NCBI GenBank assembly: GCA_964397995.1
Contig: CAYNLG010000009.1
Location: 1,089-65,088, forward strand
Direction of reading: 5' to 3'
Origin: an uncultured Anaerolineales bacterium
Lineage (GTDB): Bacteria; Planctomycetota; Phycisphaerae; FEN-1346
DNA: 64,000 nt
Part shown: positions 1 through 9,699 of the stretch, piece by piece
How the letters are laid out: each line of letters begins with the position of its first letter
How positions within the stretch are numbered: position 1 is the first letter of the stretch
The notes under the pieces: generated by a model
Seen by the model: the letters and a program-made list of their open reading frames with translations, nothing else
Told to the model about the DNA's origin: nothing
The model's database searches: none
Program-made: the position numbers and the translations under genes

Positions 1-141
1 CGGCGCGCGGCCACGTTGGAGCAACTTGCGAAGGAACAGACTGAGAGTGCGCGCAAGGACGGGGGCGGCCGTTTGGCTGGCGAATCCGACGCGGAACTGG
101 ACCAGAAGCAGCTCAGAAAGTGGGTCAAGGAGAAGCCGTAG
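1..141 (+). CDS. 3-prime end of an unidentified upstream gene (partial; ...ESDAELDQKQLRKWVKEKP*)
   Basis: Open frame from the window edge to a TAG at 139-141 with plausible amino-acid composition. No family is recognisable. Confidence 0.3.
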   Translation, partial: RRAATLEQLAKEQTESARKDGGGRLAGESDAELDQKQLRKWVKEKP

Positions 142-147
142 CCCCGC

Positions 148-169
148 CGTTCATGAATATTCATGAACG
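148..169. promoter_or_regulatory. 22-bp perfect palindrome CGTTCATGAATATTCATGAACG, candidate operator
   Basis: I read the site directly as a perfect inverted repeat. It is AT-rich within a 70% GC background and sits between an upstream gene end and the first gene of the mobile module. Confidence 0.5.
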
Positions 170-316
170 CCGAATCGCCCCCGGCGCTATCGCCAGGGGC
201 GTTTTTTGCGCCATTCCATGAATCTGCGGACGGTGGTGACGGGGGAATGATCCCCCGCGTCACGGAGGGTGCAGATCATGGGAACGCGTCCGCCCAGCTT
301 GGTTACTGTGGGTGTC

Positions 317-505
317 ATGGCCACCGAACTCGGGACCTCGGTGGACCGGGTGTGCCGCATCCTGCGCACGCGGTCGCACATCAGGCCCCGTGCCTACGCG
401 GGGCACGTGCGGCTCTTCGACAACAGCGCGATCGCCCAGGTGCGGCACGAGCTGACCGCCATCGACGCACGGCGCGCGGCCCGGGAGGGAGGTGAGGCCA
501 CATGA
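317..505 (+). CDS. small putative DNA-binding protein (HTH-like), mobile-element module
   Basis: The ATG at 317 lies in frame with ORF 269..505. The stop overlaps the next start as ATGA at 502-505, which indicates translational coupling. No confident family. Confidence 0.35.
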   Translation: MATELGTSVDRVCRILRTRSHIRPRAYAGHVRLFDNSAIAQVRHELTAIDARRAAREGGEAT

Positions 506-720
506 CCGCCACGAGCCCCCTGAAGGCGTGCCGGGAGAAATGCATGGACTGTTGCTGCGGCTCGTATCGTGCTGTGGGATTCTGCCCGGCGACGAAGTGT
601 GCTTTGTGGCCGTTCCGATTCGGGATGATGCCCAAGACTGCCGCGCGGAAGGTTGGCAAGGACCTCCTCACGCCGGCCACGATGCAGGACGCGCATGTGA
701 TGGGGGAGGACGGCCGATGA
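502..720 (+). CDS. small cysteine-rich protein (CxxxCxxCCC...C...C, possible zinc ribbon)
   Basis: 72-aa ORF with ATGA overlaps at both ends (502-505 and 717-720). Cysteine spacing suggests metal binding. Confidence 0.4.
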   Translation: MTATSPLKACREKCMDCCCGSYRAVGFCPATKCALWPFRFGMMPKTAARKVGKDLLTPATMQDAHVMGEDGR

Positions 721-1082
721 CCGCTTACGACGACAGAATCTCGCCGCCGGCCTCTACCCCCAGGGAGGGGACAGCTTCCGAAAACCCCCTGTCAGGAGCG
801 GGAGTTACGGCGCCAGGCGCCGCCTCAGGGGCCAGCGCGACGCCGCCGGCCTCCGCAGGGGAGACGCCGGCGCCGCTGCTCCTCAGCGCCACGCAGGCCG
901 CGCGGACGCTCGGCGTCAGCCGATCGCATTTCTACGCGCTCCACGACTCGGCGCGCGTCCCGTCCCCGGTCCGGCTGGGAAGCAGAGTGCTCTGGCGGCG
1001 GGACGACCTGGCGCGCTGGGTCGAAGCCTGCTGCCCGCCGAGGCACCTGTGGGAGGTGCGGCGCGAAGGGGGGACGCCATGA
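717..1082 (+). CDS. AlpA/excisionase-like HTH DNA-binding protein (MerR-superfamily excisionase-type HTH)
   Basis: C-terminus LLSATQAARTLGVSRSHFYALHDSARVPSPVRLGSRVLWRRDDLARWVE matches the excisionase-type HTH consensus. Low-complexity Pro/Ala/Ser N-terminus. ATGA coupling to both neighbours. Confidence 0.6.
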   Translation: MTAYDDRISPPASTPREGTASENPLSGAGVTAPGAASGASATPPASAGETPAPLLLSATQAARTLGVSRSHFYALHDSARVPSPVRLGSRVLWRRDDLARWVEACCPPRHLWEVRREGGTP

Positions 1083-2680
1083 CCGCGGAGCCCCGTGACC
1101 TGCCGACGGCCGATGCCTTGCACGACCAGGATGCCGAACGGGCCGTCCTCGGGGCCATGCTAATCGACCCGGCGGCCTGGCGCCAGGGCCTGGACATGCT
1201 CGAGGTGGCTGACTTCACCGATCCGCGCCATCGGCAGCTGTTCTCGTGGCTGCCTGGCTTGGCCGAATCTATGGAGCCTGGCGAGCGGCTTGACCTCGTA
1301 ACCCTCAAGTGTGCCCTTGCCGCCCACGGCGACCTGCTGGCCGTGGGCGGACAGTCCTACCTGATCCAACTGGCCGACTCCGTGCCGGGCCCCGGCAACC
1401 TCCGGGAGTACGCTCAGATCGTCCGGAAGAAGGCCCTGCGGCGGGCGGCCATAGACGAGGCCGAGGGCCTGGGCCGTGCCCTGGCATCGCCCGACGCCGA
1501 CCCTGGCCGGCTGGTCCGAGGGGCGTTGGGACGGCTCCAGTTGCTGGGCGAACGGATGGCCGGCGTGGGCCGACCCCCGCTGGCCGCTGTGCGGCTCTCG
1601 GATGTTGAGCCGGACGAGCTCGCGTGGTTGTGGCCCTGCCGCATCCCGCGCGGGCGCCTGACGGTCCTCGCGGGCGACCCGGGTGTCGGGAAGAGCTTCC
1701 TCTCGCTCGACATCGCGGCGCGGGTGACGCGCGGCGACGGCTGGCCCGACGGTTCGCCCGGCGACGGGACCCCGGGAACGGTCGTCCTGCTCCAGGCCGA
1801 AGACGGCCTGGCCGACACGGTCCGGCCGCGCCTGGACGCGCTCGGGGCGGACCCGTCCCGGGTGGTGGCGATCCGGGGCGTCGTGACGGCCCCGGACGGT
1901 CTGCCCCGCCAGGTCGACCTCTCGCGCGACGTGGCGGCCCTTCGGCAGACCCTCGATGGCGAGCCCGACGTGCGGCTTGTTGTGATCGACCCGCTCTCGG
2001 CGTATCTCGGCGACACCGACAGCCACAAGGACGCGGCCGTCCGGGGTGTCCTCGCGCCGCTGGCTGCGCTGGCGGAGGCCCACGGCGCGGCGGTCCTGGC
2101 GCTGATGCACCTAAACAAGCGTGCCGGGGCCAGCGCACTGCACCGCGCGATGGGCAGCGTCGGCTTTACGGCCGCGGCGCGGGCGGGGTGGGTCGTCGTG
2201 CCGGACCGCCAGGATGCCGACCGCCGCGTCCTCGCGGTGCTGAAGATGAACCTGGCCCCGAAGGTGAAAGGCCTCGCGTTCCGCCTTGTGGATGGGGTCG
2301 TCCGCTGGGAAGACGGTCCCGTCGAGGCCGACGCCGACGCGCTGCTGGCGCCGGTGGAGGGATCGACCGCACCGGCTCTCGATGAGGCAAAGTCGTGGCT
2401 CCGAGCCCAGCTCGCGGACGGGCCGGTGCTGGTGAAGGACCTTCAGGCGAAGGCCGAGGCCGACGGCGTGGCCTGGGGGACCGTCCGGCGGGCTAAGGTT
2501 GCACTGCATGTGGAAGCGCGGAAGATGGGCTTCGGGCGCGGCTCTTGGCGGTGGGCGATGCCCGATGAAAGGCGCGCAACCAAAGGCGAAGGGGCGCAAG
2601 CGCAGGGCGTGAGCGCCAATGCCGAGGATGCGCACCTATGCGGGACCCCGAAGGGCGAGGCGGCGAATGTTCTCATTTGA
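1079..2680 (+). CDS. replicative primase-helicase-like protein (DnaB N-terminal domain plus AAA_25/RepA-like RecA-fold ATPase)
   Basis: N-terminus DQDAERAVLGAMLIDPAAW is DnaB-N-like. Walker A LAGDPGVGKSF with ...VVIDPLSAYLG...LMHLNKR is characteristic of AAA_25 replication proteins of integrative elements and phages. Confidence 0.7.
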   Translation: MTAEPRDLPTADALHDQDAERAVLGAMLIDPAAWRQGLDMLEVADFTDPRHRQLFSWLPGLAESMEPGERLDLVTLKCALAAHGDLLAVGGQSYLIQLADSVPGPGNLREYAQIVRKKALRRAAIDEAEGLGRALASPDADPGRLVRGALGRLQLLGERMAGVGRPPLAAVRLSDVEPDELAWLWPCRIPRGRLTVLAGDPGVGKSFLSLDIAARVTRGDGWPDGSPGDGTPGTVVLLQAEDGLADTVRPRLDALGADPSRVVAIRGVVTAPDGLPRQVDLSRDVAALRQTLDGEPDVRLVVIDPLSAYLGDTDSHKDAAVRGVLAPLAALAEAHGAAVLALMHLNKRAGASALHRAMGSVGFTAAARAGWVVVPDRQDADRRVLAVLKMNLAPKVKGLAFRLVDGVVRWEDGPVEADADALLAPVEGSTAPALDEAKSWLRAQLADGPVLVKDLQAKAEADGVAWGTVRRAKVALHVEARKMGFGRGSWRWAMPDERRATKGEGAQAQGVSANAEDAHLCGTPKGEAANVLI

Positions 2681-2705
2681 CAAGCATCCGAACGCGTGGT
2701 ATAGT
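2677..2705 (+). promoter_or_regulatory. near-consensus sigma70 promoter TTGACA-N17-TATAGT driving a leaderless XRE regulator
   Basis: TTGACA at 2677-2682, exact 17-nt spacer, TATAGT at 2700-2705. The XRE ATG at 2714 lies about 8 nt after the -10 element, so the transcript would have essentially no leader. Confidence 0.5.
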
Positions 2706-2713
2706 GGTGTGCG

Positions 2714-2938
2714 ATGAGCGCCCCGCCGGACATCCAGGAGCAGTTGCGGCAGGCCATCCTGGAGGCCCCGTTCTCCCGGTACCGGTTGTCGCAGATGGCG
2801 GGTGTCTCGCAGGGCCAGCTCTCGCACTTCGTGAACCGGGACCGCAGCATCACGATGGGCACGGCCGCCAAGCTGGCGGCGGCCCTGGGGCTCTCGCTGG
2901 TGCCCCGGGGGCGGTCCCCGAGCAGCGAGGAGGCGTAG
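2714..2938 (+). CDS. XRE-family helix-turn-helix transcriptional regulator
   Basis: YRLSQMAGVSQGQLSHFVNRDRSITMGTAAKLAAALGL is a canonical Cro/C1-type HTH. 74 aa. Confidence 0.7.
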   Translation: MSAPPDIQEQLRQAILEAPFSRYRLSQMAGVSQGQLSHFVNRDRSITMGTAAKLAAALGLSLVPRGRSPSSEEA

Positions 2939-2941
2939 CCG

Positions 2942-4519
<1,578 letters not shown>

Positions 4520-5198
4520 GCCCTTGGAGCCGCGCCTCTTGCTCGATGGCGGGGCGCAGGTCGTGGTCTACCCGGCGCCGCCGGGCAGCCCCATCCCGGA
4601 GTCGGCCGCCTACGCGGTCACCGTCAACGGCCAGGACCTGGCCGTCTACGCCGACGAAGGGTCGAGCTACATCCTCATCGAGAAAAACCTCCTGCACCAC
4701 ACGTCCAGCGAGTGCCTGAACCTCCACTACGGCCGGGAGAACGTGGTCCGCAACAACGTCCTGGCCTTCTCGGGACTGGGGGTCGTGTCGCTGAGCGCGG
4801 CGGGCGACTGGAACTCGATGACGCTCGAGCGGAACATCATTCTCGCCCACGACCGGCCCGTCCTCGTCCCCCGCGACACCGACACGTTGGCCCAGCGTGG
4901 CTTCCGCAGCGACCTGAACTGTTTCTGGGACCTCGCGGGGGCCGTCTTCGCCGGCGACGAGGTCCGCGACGAGATGGCCCGGGTGACCTGGCGGCGATAC
5001 GACGTCGACGCCCTGCGCGCGATAGGCTACGACCGCCACAGCGTGGTCGCCGACCCCGGCTTCGCGGACCCGGCGTCGGGGGACTTCACCCTCCCGGCCG
5101 ACAGCCCGGCCCTGGCGGTGGGCTTCGAGCCGTTCACCGCCGCCGGCGTGGGCGTGGGCGAACCGGCGAGCGACGCACGCGCCGGCGCCTGATCCCCT

Positions 5199-8100
5199 CT
5201 ACGGTTTCTCGAGCTCCATCGGGTAGTTCACAAGCGCCGCGACCAGCTCCAGGCACCCGAGGCGACGGATCTCGTCGCCCTCGAGGTATCGGCGACGGAA
5301 CTCGCGGGCCATCTCGGCGCGGAGCGGCTCGGGCGCGGGGCCCATCATGAAACACAGCTCGCGGGCGCCCATCTGCCCGGCCGACCACTTCTCGGGATCG
5401 CTCGCCGGGCCCCACGGCGTGTCCGGATACAGGCCCCGACCGGTCGCGATCCATCGGGCCGAAACGAGCGGCCAGAGGATGTCCCCGCCCCGCCGCCCGC
5501 CGCGCTTGACGGCCCCGCCGGCCATCAGCGACGCCCGGCCGCCTTTCGACGCGACGTCGAAGATGAACGGCATGTCCTGGACCTGACCGGTCGCTTTCCA
5601 GCGGGCCTTGGCGGCCTCGTACTCGCGGACCAGCCACGCGTGCTTCTTCCACAGGGCCGTCGCGTACCCCGCCCGGATGGCCGGAAACCGCGGGTTGACG
5701 ACCGTCCCCACGACCTCGAGCAACAGCCGGTGGACCCCCGGTTCGAGGATCACCACCGTGCCCGACTCGATCCGCCGCCCGTGCAGGAAGACCGTCGACT
5801 GCGGGTGGCCGAAGTGCTGACCCCCGGGGATGCGGACGCACGTCGGTTCGCCGACCTCCAGCGTTGTGTAGAGGAGGCGCCGGCGCCTGGGGTCGCCCGG
5901 CGGAAAGAGGTATCTCTCCTTCGTGATGCCCGCGAGCCCCCTGAACGCCTTCTCCGAGAGGTGGCGGAAGGTGTAGTCCGCCCCGCCGAATGCGAACGTG
6001 TCGCCCGCCTCGATCCACGCGCCCTCGCGCCCGCCGAGGTCCGCAAGCACGTCCTCTTCGCCCGGCTCGACGCCACCGGCCCACAGCCACTCGGCCACGA
6101 GCCCGCCCGCCTCGAAAGGAACGGTTCGAGGCGTCGCGTCCCCCGGTGGGGTCTCGGCCTCGAGCGTCACGACCGCCGGCGGCGGGGCGGGCGGACGTTG
6201 CAGGCCGAGGCGGCCCTCCTCCCCGAGCAGCATCAGGGCGTTGGCGCCGGGCACCCCGAGGATGGAACGGCTGACCGCGTACACGCCGACCGGGCCCCAC
6301 TCGCACGAGAACGCCAGCCGCATGTGCCCCGCCGAGGCCAGCACCTGCCGCCGTTCATGCTCGGTGTACTCGGCGAATATCAGGTCCGCGGCGAACGGGT
6401 ACCGCGCCATCGGCCCGGGCAGCCGCTCCCCGTGTTCGCCCTGGTACGGCCGCTGGAGCGTGCGCGGCATGATCAGCTCGACGGCCCGCTCGCCGTGGCG
6501 ACGATCGTCGAAGACGCGGGCGAGGAACCCGTGACCCGTCGCTTGGTCGGCGCCGGCTTCCCAGTTGTTGACCCAGTCGAGCTTCGTGCGGTACAGGCGC
6601 TTGCCGGACGCCATCCGCGCCATTAGCGCCCGGAAGATCTCGCGGCCCACCGGCGTCCGGGTCCGCGCGCGGAGCTGGGCCACGTGGTGCGTGCGGAACA
6701 GCAGCCGCGGGTGCTCGTCGGGCGCCAGCGGCGGCACGTCGCCCGTGTCCCATGACGTCGGCCAGCCCGTGACCGTGGCGGGGCCTTCGCGCGGCTCGTC
6801 GTTGCACGTGCCGGTGAACCGGGCCGTCAGGCCCTTGTCCGAAGACCGCAGCTCGATCGTATATTCCGCGTAGGCCGCGTGCCGCCACAGGTCGCTGCCA
6901 AGCAGTATCTCCACGCGCAGCTTCGCCGGGTCGCCCGCCTCCCAGCCGATCACCCGGCCGCGATGGTTCCGCTTGTTGAACTTGACGGCGAACGCGTGGA
7001 AGTCCTCCTCCCACTCGCCGCCGCGCCGCGAGAACACCAGCAGCAGCGGGAACGCCCCCGAGTGATCCGGCCGGTCCGACCAGGTGATGCCGCCGTCGAG
7101 CTCGATGTGCACCACGCCGTCATCGGGCAGCGTCTCGATCCGCGTCCCCGGCCGGGCGACGTCCACCGGCCGGCCGCCGATCCGCGTCCACGCCTCGGGA
7201 CCGGGCTCGCCGCCGGGGAGGTCCGGCTCGGGCGCAGGGGTCGGCGGGGCTCGGCCGGTCCGCGACTCGATGGCCCGGCGGGCCTCGCCGACCGCCTCGT
7301 CCATCCCGGGCGCGCCCTGGCTGAGCGCGCGGCTGAGGGCCTCGGCGGTATCGGCTGAAGCGTCGCCGACGGCCCCGAGGACGGTGACCCAGGCCTTGAG
7401 CTCCTCGGGGTCGGGGTAGATCCGCCACGCCAGCAGCCCCTCGGCGACGGCCGGCCCCGCCGCCGGCCCGATCCGCGCGATCGCCGCCCGCGCCGCCGCC
7501 TCGGCCGCCTGGCCGCGCTCCTCATACACGGTCTCCTCGACGAGGACGGGCGCGGCCTCCGGCCCCATGGCGGCGAGCGTCGAGACAACCATCTCGCGCA
7601 GGCGCTCCGGCGGGTCGTCCCGCCGGCGCTGCCGCCCGCCCTCAAGCAGGTTCAGCAACGCCGGCGCCTGGTCGGCCGTCGCCACCAGGGCCATCATCCG
7701 GCCGAGGTCCAGCCGGTCGTCCTCGGACTCGATCGCACTGCAGTGCCGCAGCGCCAGCGGCGCCAGGTCCCCCTGTCGCGCCTGCACCTGTGCCTTGGCC
7801 GACGAGGCGATCGACGTCTCCGTATCGCCCAGCGCCGCGAGCAGCGCCCCGTACGCCGCCGACGCCCGCTGCATCGCGGCCTCCTCGACCGCCGCGGCGC
7901 GGACTGCCGAATCCGCGTCTCGGGCGGCGTCGGCCAGCGCCTCGGCGAGGTCGGGGTCGGCGCTGTCGTCGGGCAGTGCCCGGACGGCTGCCGCACGAAC
8001 CGCGGGACCGGCGTCGTGGAGCAGCGCGCCCAGTCCCTCCGGGCACAATCGCGCCCCCAGCGCCCCCAGCCCGCGCGCCGCCGCAAGGCGAACGCCCGCG

Positions 8101-8654
8101 TCGGGGTCCTCGGCCGCGGCTTCCAGCGCGTCGACCGCCTCCGGGCCGCCGATCGACGCCAGGGCCTCCAGCGCCGCCCGCCGGTGCGCCGGGTCCTCGG
8201 TCTTCGCGACCCAGGCCAGGTACGGGACCGCCTCGGGCCAGCCGGTCTCGCCCAGCCGCCGGGTCTCGCCCAGCCGCGTCGCGGGGTCCTTCAGGCGGGC
8301 GACCACGTCATCGGTGATCCGCGGCCGCAGCCACCACGAGCCGAGTATCACCATCCCGGTGCCCACGGCGGCCATGGCGATCAGGACCAACAGTGTCCGC
8401 AGCCAGTTCCACCCCGTCCCGTTCTCAGGCATGTCGCTCATCGCGGATCCTCTCGCTGTTGCGGGTTCCACCAGCCTCAACCCGCGAACGGCGGGAACGT
8501 ACGCGGTCTTTCTGACGTTGACCGAGACGAGGCGCTGGACGGCCGTCGACGCGATGGACCTCGACGCCGAGGACCGCGGGTTCTGGTGGTACGATTGCCC
8601 GAAGCTCGAGCACCAGCTCAACAACATCCGCCACGTCCAGCACCACGCCGCCAT
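5199..8654 (-). CDS. large membrane-anchored HEAT/PBS-lyase-repeat protein with a C-terminal domain of unknown function (possibly polysaccharide-lyase-like)
   Basis: N-terminal TM helix, then about 350 aa of HEAT-like repeats (EAVDALEAAAEDPDAGVRLAAARGLGALG...), then a roughly 600-aa non-repetitive domain. 1151 aa in total. The many opposite-strand ORFs across this span are compositional shadows. Confidence 0.6.
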   Translation of the reverse strand: MAAWCWTWRMLLSWCSSFGQSYHQNPRSSASRSIASTAVQRLVSVNVRKTAYVPAVRGLRLVEPATARGSAMSDMPENGTGWNWLRTLLVLIAMAAVGTGMVILGSWWLRPRITDDVVARLKDPATRLGETRRLGETGWPEAVPYLAWVAKTEDPAHRRAALEALASIGGPEAVDALEAAAEDPDAGVRLAAARGLGALGARLCPEGLGALLHDAGPAVRAAAVRALPDDSADPDLAEALADAARDADSAVRAAAVEEAAMQRASAAYGALLAALGDTETSIASSAKAQVQARQGDLAPLALRHCSAIESEDDRLDLGRMMALVATADQAPALLNLLEGGRQRRRDDPPERLREMVVSTLAAMGPEAAPVLVEETVYEERGQAAEAAARAAIARIGPAAGPAVAEGLLAWRIYPDPEELKAWVTVLGAVGDASADTAEALSRALSQGAPGMDEAVGEARRAIESRTGRAPPTPAPEPDLPGGEPGPEAWTRIGGRPVDVARPGTRIETLPDDGVVHIELDGGITWSDRPDHSGAFPLLLVFSRRGGEWEEDFHAFAVKFNKRNHRGRVIGWEAGDPAKLRVEILLGSDLWRHAAYAEYTIELRSSDKGLTARFTGTCNDEPREGPATVTGWPTSWDTGDVPPLAPDEHPRLLFRTHHVAQLRARTRTPVGREIFRALMARMASGKRLYRTKLDWVNNWEAGADQATGHGFLARVFDDRRHGERAVELIMPRTLQRPYQGEHGERLPGPMARYPFAADLIFAEYTEHERRQVLASAGHMRLAFSCEWGPVGVYAVSRSILGVPGANALMLLGEEGRLGLQRPPAPPPAVVTLEAETPPGDATPRTVPFEAGGLVAEWLWAGGVEPGEEDVLADLGGREGAWIEAGDTFAFGGADYTFRHLSEKAFRGLAGITKERYLFPPGDPRRRRLLYTTLEVGEPTCVRIPGGQHFGHPQSTVFLHGRRIESGTVVILEPGVHRLLLEVVGTVVNPRFPAIRAGYATALWKKHAWLVREYEAAKARWKATGQVQDMPFIFDVASKGGRASLMAGGAVKRGGRRGGDILWPLVSARWIATGRGLYPDTPWGPASDPEKWSAGQMGARELCFMMGPAPEPLRAEMAREFRRRYLEGDEIRRLGCLELVAALVNYPMELEKP

Positions 8655-8689
8655 CCTCTCGGTGTGGCTCCGCCTTACCGGTGGCCATC

Positions 8690-9171
8690 TTGAACGCCAT
8701 GCGGAGCAGCCCGGGGTTCATCTCCTCGTTGGCCCCGCGGAGGGCGTTCTCGACCCAGGTGTCCCCGTACTTCCTGGCGACTTCCGTGAGGTAAATGACA
8801 GTTTTGAGCGCCTCGAGTTTTCAGAAAAAGAGGCGGAGATTGCGGTCGTCTCCGGTCCAGTATTCGAGGAGCCGGGCCGTCGTGCGCGTCACGTCCGGGT
8901 GGCCGGCGTCACGCCAAACGGCGACCTTCTCCCGGATGCGGTTGATCTGCCGGTTCTCTTCGATGCGGTCACGGGTCCATTGCGTGTCAAAGACCATCGG
9001 CCCACCGCGGCCCTTCTTCTTGGGGGCAGGGATGGGCACGAAATAGGAACTGGGGCGGCGCTCGTCGGCGATCTTGTCCGTGATCCCCTGGTCGGCGAAC
9101 TCGAAGTGGCGCGTGGGTTCCGCGAAGGGGGAGTTGATGAGGGGGTTCTCGATGACGACTTGGGCTGCCAT
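8690..9171 (-). pseudogene. type III restriction enzyme Res / DEAD-box helicase N-terminal remnant (in-frame TGA, degenerate Walker A, truncated)
   Basis: MAAQVVIENPLINSPFAEPTRHFEF...LLEYWTGDDRNLRLFF-TGA-KLEALKTVIYLTEVARKYG...FKMATGKAEPH. The N-terminal signature is conserved. TGA replaces the expected Cys in FFCQ, a single-nucleotide change from TGC/TGT. Motif I reads MATGKAEP rather than MATGTGKT, and nothing recognisable follows. Confidence 0.5.
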
Positions 9172-9279
9172 GCGTGCCCCGCTAAGCAAGAGACATGCCG
9201 CTTGGCCGCGGCCATCAACAGCAGAACGCAAGCCTTCTGCCATTGATCGCCCAGTACGCAGCAGCGGCTCGGCAAATCA

Positions 9280-9594
9280 ATGAGGTGCGCGGGTCTCGTT
9301 CGACATGACTGCGTGGACACGGCGATGAAGGACGGCAGCCGCTGGGTGTTCTTCCAAGAAGGCGAGCCTTTGCCGGAAGAGGAGGTCAGCCGGTACAGAA
9401 AGTTGCGCGTGCGGGACCGCGTGGCGGCGGAGTACGTGCTGGAGGTCGCAGCACGGCTCGGATGGCAGTTGACCGGCCCCGACACGTCGGTTCCCCCCGC
9501 CAGGTGCTGCATCATGCTGGACGAGACGAGCGGGCCGCGCGTCGAGGGGTACCGGAGTTCCCAGGAAGCCCGAAGGCAGAACGGCCAGGCGTGA
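9280..9594 (+). CDS. orphan hypothetical protein (lower-GC ORF)
   Basis: 104-aa ORF with balanced composition and codon usage less GC-biased than its neighbours. There is a possible internal start at MKDGSRW. No family recognised. Confidence 0.3.
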   Translation: MRCAGLVRHDCVDTAMKDGSRWVFFQEGEPLPEEEVSRYRKLRVRDRVAAEYVLEVAARLGWQLTGPDTSVPPARCCIMLDETSGPRVEGYRSSQEARRQNGQA

Positions 9595-9699
9595 CGCCGG
9601 TCGAACGAGGTTCTCGGCCGGAAACTCACATGACCTTGACACCGAAGGGGGTATGATGGCTGGGGGGCTGGGGGTCTCGAGACGACCGGGAGAGGCGCG

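Noticed and set aside
5134-8086. Multiple 100-400 aa ORFs on both strands inside the HEAT-repeat protein gene
   Set aside because: All are Arg/Gly/Pro-rich, low-complexity translations of off-frames of a 70% GC coding region. The 1151-aa minus-strand frame is the only one with protein-like composition.
8821-8823. Selenocysteine recoding of the in-frame TGA in the Res fragment
   Set aside because: There is no SECIS-like hairpin downstream. The downstream Walker A is independently destroyed and the gene is truncated, so a nonsense mutation from a Cys codon is the simpler explanation.
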